From assembly GCA_032718475.1 (NCBI GenBank), contig JAUCBJ010003212.1, forward strand, positions 1 to 64,000: a stretch of 64,000 nucleotides of DNA, read 5' to 3'. Source of the DNA: Nemertoderma westbladi. Taxonomy: Eukaryota; Animalia; Xenacoelomorpha. The first letter of the stretch is position 1; the number at the start of each line of letters is the position of its first letter. Made by a program: the position numbers and the translations under genes. Below, in pieces: positions 54,154 through 64,000 of the stretch. Below the pieces are notes generated by a model. It was not told the origin of the DNA and searched no databases. It worked only from the letters and a program-made list of their open reading frames with translations.

Positions 54154-54460
54154 CCCTGCAAACAGTCAACGTAAAACTAACGTTAAAATTGTGTCTCAGT
54201 TTCGTTAAAATCTAACAATGACAAAACTAACAATAATCAAACGTTAATGACCGTTACAATTTTGTTGGAAATCAACAATTAGTAACTCAACTATAATCAA
54301 ACGTTCAATTAGCGTTATAGTTTAGTTGAAAAATAACGCTTTCAAACTTCCTCTAATCAAACGTTATATTGCCGTTGATTTTCAGTTAGAAAACAACGTA
54401 TCAAAATTTTAAATATTTCAACGATAGATGAACGTTACACTTAAGTTGGAAATTCACAGA
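54154..54460 (+). mobile_element. Left terminus of an EnSpm/CMC-like DNA transposon
   Basis: Begins CCCTGCAAACAG, followed by repeated AACGTT / TAATCAAACGTT subterminal motifs as in animal EnSpm elements. No matching right end seen in the window. Confidence 0.65.
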
Positions 54461-55066
54461 AAACATGTCATGCACTCCTTAAATTGTGATTGGTTTAATA
54501 ATTTTGGCGGGAACATCAGGATGTCAGTGTCAGGTACCCTATATACACAGCAGTACAGTTTACTGAGCTGCAATGAAATACTGTTTGTGTACTGGTTTTG
54601 CGCTGATGGCCTAGCTTAGTTGTCAGTCAGGGAAGCCTACCGTAGTACCGGTACCAGTACTAGCAGTAAGCATAAATGCAGTAATGTTAGTTACCATTCT
54701 GGTACCGGTAATGTTTGTGACCTGAGTCAGATCAGAAGTAACCTACCGGTACCGCTGTACCGATACACCGGCACCATTACACCAGTAGCGCAGTACAGCA
54801 GTAGGCGAGAGGGCTACACAGCTAGCAGCTACGGCAGGCAGTTGGCCTTGCACTTCTGACTTCTGCACTTCCCGGACAGCCGGACCCAGTACCAGTACAG
54901 CAGTAAGCCTAAGCTACCGGCAGACCAGTACAGTTGCACGCTCATACGGTTCAGCTCAGCGGTAGGCCTATGTCATGTCAGAGCTCAGACAGTCAGAGCC
55001 AGTATGCAGGTGAGGTATGGCAGTATGGAGTCCGAGTATGCAGTATGAGGTATGCCTGCACCGGTA

Positions 55067-55156
55067 GGGTAAGACGGGGTAAAATGGGACATGGGGTAAA
55101 ATGGGACATGTCGGGGTAAAATGGGACATGGGGTCCCATTTTACCCCGTCTTACCC
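55067..55156. mobile_element. 90-bp pogo/mariner-like MITE
   Basis: Perfect 24-bp TIR GGGTAAGACGGGGTAAAATGGGAC with TA on both sides and internal 17-bp GGGGTAAAATGGGACAT repeats. Confidence 0.8.
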
Positions 55157-57856
55157 TAGATATGCAGATAGGCCTGTCCTGTCTGCCTACGTAAGACAGT
55201 AAGACTGGGTAAAATGGGACATGGCGACATGGGGTACCGGTAGGCTACCAGTAAAATGGGGGGACAGCGGACAGGCATAATTTTGCTCATTTTTTTTTTA
55301 AAGGATAGCCTACTTTTAGCTAGGACAGAAGTAGTACCGGTACTACGGCAGTAAGGTACAGTCAGCCAGATTAAGTTTTTGTCCAGCCAGATAAAATCAC
55401 ACTTTTTTCCAGCCAGTTCATGGAAATACCAGCCAGATGCTGGTTTGGATTCGAGAGGATGAGGAAAAACGGTTTATCGGCGGATGATAGTTGGCCGCCC
55501 CTAATAGTGGAGATAATATACAAAGGTAGGTCATGGTAACTATTACAATTTAAATACCTAAATACTAATTAAATTTATAATATTATTAAATTAAATACTA
55601 AATACTAATTAAAATAACTTTTACAATTCAAGTGATATTCATAAATTTATACGATACAATCCATTATTCAAGTGATATTCTTAAGTAATATTAACATTAA
55701 CATTATGTAGGATGTAGGATATGTAATATAGCCTATTTCAGTATTTAGCTGTATCCCTGTATCATTATCTTTAATCGGACCAGATGATTTACATTTTAGG
55801 AGCATTTAATGATGTGGAAGAACGTTGTGTTCGCGCCACTAAGTACGACACCGATAATGTACTGTCAGAAGTGGAAGAGGAAAGAGGAAGGGGAAAACGG
55901 AAAACTTGTCCACGCAACTTGTAAGCGGATTTAAATTTAATTTGTGTTTTCATTTTATTATTTATTTCGGAGGAGTAATACATTATAGGACTAGGACACT
56001 ATAATGTTGTGATACATGCATTTATATTATCCATACAATCGTTGCTTCATTAGTATAGTGGCGAGTAAAGTCAAAGTGAAGTTCACTATAATATCACATG
56101 TTCAGTTAAAAAAATAATAAAAAAAGACCTGACATTAAAATGGTCTTGCTGTCTTTCTTACAGTACCGGTGTCCTTTACTGGTCCTACGAGACAGGGGGG
56201 GGGGGGGGGGGGGGACTGGACGCAGATTCGCCTCGGCGAATTCTTATCTCGCCTCAATGTTAAATTATCTATTTAGGGAAAGGAGCAGGTTACAGTAGCA
56301 CGTTATTCTAACCAAAACAATAAACGAAAGTCAATAGAACAGGTTACAGTTTTATTTTTGAGAGTAATCAGCTGTTATTTGCATCCATTTTCCCCTGGAG
56401 AGGGATGAAATTTGATTGCGTCTAAAGTCCCCCCCTATCTGGGTCCTACTGGTCCTTTAAAGTATTATTAATAACATATTTCAGGGACTATCCGGGATAC
56501 TCTGATCCTGACAATGATTGTTCCGTTACTAAGAGACCAAAAACGGGTATAACGCCACCGGCAGCACCAGTATCTGTGGTTCTAAGTTTACCTGACTATC
56601 CCGTTAATCCTCCCAATTATGAGGGCTTTACGCACCCAACTACAACAACAACCTACCCACTCCAGGTCGACACTCCAACTTTGAGTAATCCCAGTCAATC
56701 CCCACGCCCAACATCCGATATTGAGTTTGTGGGAAAAGAATCGAACAGTTCTCGACCAATAGGAATGCGGAGCGGAGAAACAGGTATATAATTTATGTAC
56801 TATGTTCATTTTAGACCCTACCTACTGTCAAATTATTAACTGATTCTTAACCCTTGGAAGGTTGGGCCGATTGAAATTGAAGGGCTTTTCTGGTGGTCGC
56901 TGATTTATGTCAGTTTCCATTCCATGTTTGATTAATTCAAATTAATTAATCCTCCCAATTATACCCATAAAGGTTTTACGCACCCAACTACAACAACAAC
57001 CTACCCACTCCAAGTCGACACTCCAACTTTGAGTACCGGTAATCCCAGTCAATCCCCACGCCCAACATCCGATATTGAGTTTGTGTTAAAAGAATCGAAC
57101 CGTTCTCGACCAATAGGAATGCGGAGCGGAGAAACAGGTATATAATTTATGTTAGGGGTGTGCCGGATATCCGGCCGGATTTTGAGAAAAAAATCCGGTT
57201 CCGACCGTTTTCAATTCGGATTTAAACATAAGCAAATACAATGAAACTCAATACAATTTCTTTCATAGTTTGTATAATATCATTGCTTGTGTGTCATTTC
57301 TCATTTTCCAACTTTTTACCCTAAAGCTTTATCTTCTGAGAAAGCCACCCTTTTTAATGGCAAAACCCCCGAAATAACCAGAATAATTCCCAATAATATT
57401 TCCCGTTGCTATTTGAAAATTTAAACCGAAATAGGTACAAATTACAGATCCATGAATTTATGTATATATGTCTGTCTTAATATCCTTCTAATATCCTAAT
57501 ATTCGGCTAATATCCTTCTATATTTTTGACAGACAGATCTTTTCAAGCATGAAATTTGAAATTATTTAAGGACATTGACTGCATAATGCATATAATCATA
57601 ATGTTCTAGCATGGGAGAGAAATACCTCAGCTCGTTTATCTGCGATGGAGAGGGAGCTTAGTTTCATGAGAGAAATTTTAGAAAAATACAAGTTGCAAAA
57701 ACATGAACCAACTGGTCCGTCAACATTGCCTGTGCAATGTGTGGATGAGCTACGGAAATGGGAGAAGGCTCTAGAGAGGAGAAACTTATATAAAGCCACA
57801 GTTAGTACAGTAACTATTTTAACCTGTACACCTGACCTTTTTTAGCCACGGGAGAA

Positions 57857-58040
57857 CCAGTACTCCTATATGGGAGTCCATATACTGGGCTCTAAGACGG
57901 TCATATGCTCATCAGACCCTATGCAAATTTGAAGGTATCTCATTGGTCCCCTCAAGCTTGATACTTGAACAGAGCCGCCTCCGATTACCAGGATATTGCT
58001 TTCGCCGTCAGGAGCAGTCTGTGCTCAATCTGGGGCTTTG
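57857..58040 (+). mobile_element. Short decayed fragment of the 4932..5628 RTE family (intronic)
   Basis: CCAGTACTCCTATATGGGAGTCCA, TCTCATTGGTxCCCxCAAGCTTGA and ATTGCTTTCGC match that element. Confidence 0.72.
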
Positions 58041-58196
58041 ACTGTAGAGCAGACAGACGGGCAAATCCTGTCTGACAAGACTTAATAGTATGTTATGGTT
58101 CCCTGGCTTCGTGTCTCAGCCTACATAATATTATTCGGTACCTACCCACAGCTTAGGTCTATATTACTGTAACATTAATTGAATAACTAAAAGTAT

Positions 58197-58422
58197 GGGT
58201 CAAAAATGACCCGGTCAGGTGTTCCCGTTCGCAAAATTTTTGTTTCGAAATAAAAAAATAACGAATAAACCCCACACACTACTTTTTGGCACGTTTGTAG
58301 GCAATAAGGATATAAACAAAGTCATAGAAGCTCGGAGCCCCAGCCCCTATTACAAGTGGCGCAATCCGTGGAAACAAAGTCCTTCGGGTCACTTTTGACC
58401 CGGTCAGGTGTACTTGGGTTAA
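58197..58422. mobile_element. piggyBac-like MITE end
   Basis: Two GGGTCAxxxxTGACCCGGTCAGGTGT motifs, terminating in GGG+TTAA (58416..58422). Other end not found. Confidence 0.5.
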
Positions 58423-60301
58423 ATGTTATATTTTAAATCATAGCGCTAATAAATTTATATGTTTACTTTCTTTTACCTTCTTCAGCCTTCTAGTTAGATT
58501 TATTAAACTGGCACGTTATTTTTATTTTTCAGATAGCAGAAATATCCGATAGAACGTATGCTACCGACGTGACTAAGGCCGCCACAAATATAGGAAACTC
58601 GTTATTATCCAATACTGTGGCCCAAAGATTTTCGAAGACTGGGCGTCGGAGCACCAAAGAATCCTTTGAGGATTCATGCCCACGTCTGTTGGCCTGTTTT
58701 AAACGTAAGAACATTTTACTTATAGGGCCTATAATATTATTAATATTAAAAATATTTATAAGGCGCCCTATATACTGTGTTCTAGGCGCAAAATTGAAAA
58801 AGAAAGATATAACTGTATTTAATACAGTACAACACGTTGTGGGGCCTTCGTGCAGCAAAAATGCAAGCCATTTCAGCGAACAATTATCCTTATACTATGG
58901 CTAGTTATATATATTAATATTATTGGATATTGGCTTCCGACACACACACACACACACACATACGTACTAAACGTGTAAATTGCGGACAACCGCCTGAGAT
59001 AGCCAAACTGGGGACATGCTCATATTTCAACAAAAATAACTTTTTTCGAAAGTTAATGTCATTTTTCATTTAATTTTATCACTCTTAACTTCCTCCAATA
59101 GTATCGATTTGTAGATTTCGTTTTTATTCGATCTCGCCCCAGTAATGCAAAACGGGGACACATCTCTGACGTCACACAGCGTTTCACTGTCAACCACTTT
59201 TCTCCAACCAAATGGGGACATATTATTGTCACTCCGGTCTCCATCAAAATATTATGTTCCATTTTTATACAACAAGTGTTTATACTTTCGGATTGCACCT
59301 CCCACCTACTACTCGGGGAATGAATCGCTAACTTTTCTAAATAAACCAAATTTGAATTTGTGTGGCTATAAAAGGGCCTGTTGGTCCATTGATACCAATG
59401 AATTTCATAGTTTATACGAATCAGGGGATTGTGACCATCATATTGGATATATTCAATATTTTTGTATCAGGCCTTCTGGCAGCCAAACACTGATTTTTAG
59501 GTGTACCCCGTTATCGCGCTTTAAGTATTTTTTTGACGGATTCGGATTATCTATCTAACCTAACTATTAATCTTGAATTAAGTTAGAAATAAATTAGACT
59601 CCTTTCCTAGGAAACTACAAATAATACAATAGGCCTATGTGTGAATACTGAATACTTTAATTAATATATCAATATAAAACCGCTGTTCCCCAAATGGCAA
59701 TTGATAACACAGGTATTTTAATACCTATGTATTTGTTTTAATACCTTTAAAACTTAATTTTTGTTGCTTAGAATTATGTAGTTGGGCCTGTTATCCATCG
59801 TATAATGGGTCATTGCAAGCACATTGTTTCAACGTCATCTATTGCAGGAGCAGCGCATTGTATTTAGGCATATTTACTGTACAGCATTGTATCCACTGTG
59901 TAGGCCTACAGTACGAGTCCAAGATACCCAACTTACCCATCCCAAACTGGGGACTTTTAATTGGCCTTTTCCAGGTGCATGAGACAATGTTCCCATGGAA
60001 ACACAATCTGCGTGTTAAGCTTTGTTAGGTTTTTAACGTAGAAGTGGGGACAGCAGGGGAAATGGGATGGCAGCATCCGTGCGATTTCTTGGAAAATGAG
60101 AATATTAGTTTTGTGCATTTGTAAGTTCGTTATTAATCATATAATAGGGGACAGACACGTCTGTGCCTTATTATTGCCGGTAAGAGAGAGCTTGTGTTCT
60201 CCGCGAGTTTTAATTAAATATTTTCAGTGAAATATTTGTTTTACCAATTTGTTTCTATTGACTGTATTTCATCGCTGAACCTGTTCTAATCATCGAAAAC
60301 A

Positions 60302-60343
60302 ATGTCGAAGCGGAGAAAGAAGCCATTGGAAATAAATTTAAAG
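60302..60343 (+). CDS. Exon 1 of Tudor-like / Cys-repeat / C2H2 gene (MSKRRKKPLEINLK)
   Basis: ATG, basic NLS-like peptide and phase-0 donor GTATG at 60344. Confidence 0.6.
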
Positions 60344-60857
60344 GTATGTTTCATCAAGTACTGTAACAGTTCCGGTACCATTTTAGCCTGTATCATGTCG
60401 TAGTGAATTGAATAGAATAAACAAATGTTCGCTTTATTTTCCGTACCTTTCAGTAAAAATATCAAGCGAGTTAATGTAATAGAACGATGCCTTTCGTGGC
60501 ATAAGGTTTTCGGTAAAAAGGAAAGATAAAACCTACTATTAATTAGTCTTACTTACTATAAAGTACTGACTTTTTTAGTTATACATCATACTATTTATAC
60601 TATATTTATAAATAAAGTCTTACTTACCGGTACCTACTATATGGACTCTATGTTTGAACGAGGTTGTTATTTATCTGTCCATGCGCTTTTGTGGTACCTG
60701 TAACGGACACACGGACAAGTGTGGTGAACAGAGAGATTCGATTAAATTAATGTTTTTCAGTACGCCTACCTTTTTATTGGGTACCGAATTTTGAGAACCC
60801 TTTCCTTTTCTATAATTTATAGTCTAATATATTTTATCATTGTATTAAAATTACCAG

Positions 60858-60942
60858 GTTGGAGATTGCCATTTAATGAAATGGAATGATGCGAAATCTT
60901 ACCAGGGGACTATACTCGAATATCCTTATGCAGACGGAAAAG
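60858..60942 (+). CDS. Exon 2 (VGDCHLMKWNDAKSYQGTILEYPYADGK), Tudor-like
   Basis: CAG acceptor in phase 0 and phase-1 donor GTTAG at 60943. Joins to give LKVGD..KW.D..Y.G.I. Confidence 0.65.
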
Positions 60943-61514
60943 GTTAGATTATGAAAACAATAAAATACAGTAGCCTATTTAGCTGAGCAACTTTCTAAAT
61001 CATAAACTATTGGTAGATATTATTCGAGGTGTCAGAGGGAGGGGGGTGTCTTCGAAATCCGAACATCCTCGGACAGGGGGTGGGTGGGGAGTTGGCTAAA
61101 TTGGGACGTCCGATTTTTCGATTTTTTAGGATTTATAGTTTTAACATAATAAAGTTCACAATACTATACAGTTGGAGTCTGGAATACATAATTCGATTAG
61201 TTTGTTAACATAAGGTATTAAGTTGAGGCATATCTTCATTGTTTTACATTTGTGGTTACTGTGGTTTTTTTCAGATTTCGCACTAACAGCATTATCGCAA
61301 TTTGAAAAAAGTTAGGTGGAACCTTGTCTCAATTTTAGCATTATTTTATGGAATGGTGCAAATTAATAAAATATATGGTTAGGACATTATCGTACCATTT
61401 TTGGTTTTTTATCCTGCTATTCATTATCGGTATAATTTTATCAGTGAAAGTGGTCCGTGAAACTTTCCCAGGCAAAATGGGGCTTATGTTACTGTTACCT
61501 TGCAACATTTTTAG

Positions 61515-64000
61515 GATCAAAAGACTTAGTTAAAGTGATGTACAACGAAGATTCTATAACTAGTGTCATAAAACGGAATTGGGTATTGGGAAAAATAATT
61601 CGTAGTCCAGATAATAACATAAATTCCAGAAATTCCGAAATTCCAGAAAGTAAAGTCGAAAGTTGTGAAAGTCAAGTTAATGAATGTCCCATAAGTCAGT
61701 TGGATCAAGTGTTTGAATGTCCCAGAAGTAAAGAAGGTCAAGACGAAAGTCTTAAAGATATTGAATGTCCCGTGCTTCAAAAAAGTCAAATCGACAGTTG
61801 TCAAAGTCAAGTTAATGAATGTCCCATAAGTCAATTGGTTGAATGTCCCGTGAGTGAGCAGAGTCAAGTGGTGGAATGTTCCGGAAATCAGCAGATTCAA
61901 GTGGTGGAATGTCCCGTTAGTCAGCAGAGTCAATTGGTTGAATGTCCCGTTAGTCAGCAGAGTCAAGTGGTGGAATGTCCCGTTAGTCAGCAGAGTCAAT
62001 TGGTTGAATGTCCCGTTAGTCAGCAGAGTCAAGTGGTGGAATGTTCCGGAAATCAGCAGAGTCAAGTGGTAGAATGTCCCGTTAGTCAGCAGAGTCAATT
62101 GGTTGAATGTCCCGTTAGTCAGCAGAGTCAAGTGGTCGAATGTCCTGTTAGTCAGCAGAGTCAATTGGTTGAATGTCCCGTTAGTCAGCAGAGTCAAGTG
62201 GTCGAATGTCCTGTTAGTCAGCAGAGTCAATGGGTTGAATGTCCCGTTAGTCAGCAGAGTCAAGTGGTGGAATGTTCCGGAAATCAGCAGAGTCAAGTGG
62301 TGGAATGTCCCGTTAGTCAGCAGAGTCAATTGGTTGAATGTCCCGTTAGTCAGCAGAGTCAAGTGGTCGAATGTCCTGTTAGTCAGCAGAGTCAATTGGT
62401 TGAATGTCCCGTTAGTCAGCAGAGTCAAGTGGTCGAATGTCCTGTTAGTCAGCAGAGTCAATTGGTTGAATGTCCCGTTAGTCAGCAGAGTCAAGTGGTG
62501 GGATGTTCCGGAAATCAGCAGAGTCAAGTGGTGGAATGTCCCGTTAGTCAGCAGAGTCAATTGGTTGAATGTCCCGTTAGTCAGCAGAGTCAAGTGGTCG
62601 AATGTCCTGTTAGTCAGCAGAGTCAATTGGTTGAATGTCCTGTTAGTCAGCAGAGTCAAGTGGTGGAATGTTCTGGAAATCAGCAGAGTCAAGTGGTGGA
62701 ATGTCCCGTTAGTCAGCAGAGTCAATTGGTTGAATGTCCTGTTAGTCAGCAGAGTCAATTGGTGGAATGTTCCGGAAATCAGCAGAGTCAAGTGGTGGAA
62801 TGTCCCGTTAGTCAGCAGAGTCCATTGGTTGAATGTCCCGTTAGTCAGCAGATTCAAGTGGTGGAATGTTCTGGAAATCAGCAGAGTCAAGTGGTCGAAT
62901 GTCCCGTTAGTCAGCAGAGTCAATTGGTTGAATGTCCCGTTAGTCAGCAGAGTCAAGTGGTGGAATGTTCTGGAAATCAGCAGAGTCAAGTGGTGGAATG
63001 TCCCGTTAGTCAGCAGAGTCAATTGGTTGAATGTCCTGTTAGTCAGCAGAGTCAATTGGTGGAATGTTCCGGAAATCAGCAGAGTCAAGTGGTGGAATGT
63101 CCCGTTAGTCAGCAGAGTCAAGTGGTGGAATGTTCCGGAAATCAGCAGAGTCAAGTGGTGGAATGTCCCGTTAGTCAGCAGAGTCAATTGGTTGAATGTC
63201 CTGTTAGTCAGCAGAGTCAATTGGTGGAATGTTCCGGAAATCAGCAGAGTCAAGTGGTGGAATGTCCCGTTAGTCAGCAGAGTCAAGTGGTGGAATGTTC
63301 CGGAAATCAGCAGAGTCAAGTGGTGGAATGTCCCGTTAGTCAGCAGAGTCCATTGGTTGAATGTCCCGTTAGTCAGCAGATTCAAGTGGTGGAATGTTCT
63401 GGAAATCAGCAGAGTCAAGTGGTCGAATGTCCCGTTAGTCAGCAGAGTCAATTGGTTGAATGTCCCGTTAGTCAGCAGAGTCAAGTGGTCGAATGTCCCG
63501 TTAGTCAGCAGAGTCAATTGGTTGAATGTCCCGTTAGTCAGCAGAGTCAAGTGGTTGAATGTTTCTTAAGTCAGCTGAGTGAAGTTAATGATATACATGT
63601 AAGCGAGGAGAGTTATATTAATGGATGTCCGAATAGTCAAGGCTTAAGCAAGGATGTCAGCCCCATTAGTGATAAAGATGATTTAATCACTCTCAATTCT
63701 TACGATTTAAGAAACATTGGAATAATTGATCAAAATTTGGAGGATGATGATGATGACGATGACGATAGAGCTGGTGGACCGGATTGGGTAGCTGATTCTG
63801 AAGAAGAAATTGGACCAGAAGAATTTGATGCAGACAATGGAGGTCCCGTAAAACACGTAAATGACAAAATTACAATAGCTTCCACGTCAAATCGAACTGT
63901 TGGTGGCGATTATGTTAGGGTTTACAATAAAGAACAGATGTGTTATTATTGTCAAGTACCTCAGACCAAGTTAAAACGACACCTTTTATCACAACATCGT
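61515..64000 (+). CDS. Exon 3 (open to window end): rest of Tudor-like domain, 11-aa Cys repeats, acidic tract, C2H2 finger of a Crypton-like element protein
   Basis: TTTTAG acceptor. The frame with codons starting at 61517 has no stop to 64000 and ends RVYNKEQMCYYCQVPQTKLKRHLLSQHR. Probably missing from the ORF track because it has no stop in the window. Confidence 0.82.
61833..63563 (+). repeat. 33-bp coding minisatellite (SQQSQ[V/L]VECPV / ECSGNQQ), ~52 units
   Basis: I saw no indels across the units. Several variants are synonymous in this frame (GTG/GTC/GTA, CCC/CCT, TCC/TCT). Confidence 0.92.

Larger units (their letters stand above)
55438..58704 (+). pseudogene. Multi-exon DUF4806-like (transposon accessory) gene, partly decayed
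   Basis: Phase-compatible GT-AG exons: ..55525 (WPP), 55800..55920 (SEVEEERGRGKRK), 56485..56783, 56973..57137, 57533..57800 (contains a TGA and a frameshift, then LPVQCVDELRKWEKAL) and 58533..58704 (LLSNTVAQRFSKTGRRSTKESF). Confidence 0.62.

Noticed and set aside
61275-61310. Possible extra 36-nt exon (DFALTALSQFEK)
   Set aside because: Phase-compatible, but not needed for the model and it would interrupt the Tudor-like domain. It cannot be supported without transcripts.
61526-63569. Track ORFs 61526..63550 (-) and 62103..63569 (+)
   Set aside because: Shadow frames. The third plus frame stays open into unique sequence on both sides and carries the synonymous variants.

Overview
AT-rich, repeat-dense eukaryotic DNA, most likely from an invertebrate animal (spliceosomal introns, RTE/L2-type LINE relics, hAT, EnSpm, Harbinger and IS3EU-type elements). 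No prokaryotic features or CRISPR arrays. Over a third of the window is tandem repeat (units of 19, 35, 17, 53, 27, 43 and 33 bp), and most long ORFs in the supplied track are artefacts of these arrays. Supported genes: a two-exon K2P (KCNK-type) potassium channel, and an intronless CHCHD2/CHCHD10-like gene inside a recent ~7 kb duplication whose second copy is frameshifted by an 8-bp duplication. There is also a decayed DUF4806-like gene behind an EnSpm-like terminus. The ORF track misses a spliced gene that runs off the window end, encoding a Tudor-like N-terminus, ~52 in-frame 11-aa Cys repeats, an acidic tract and a C2H2 finger I associate with Crypton-like tyrosine-recombinase elements. 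A hammerhead-ribozyme-like motif sits inside a MITE. Family assignments come from motif recall, not database searches, and boundaries of decayed elements are approximate.
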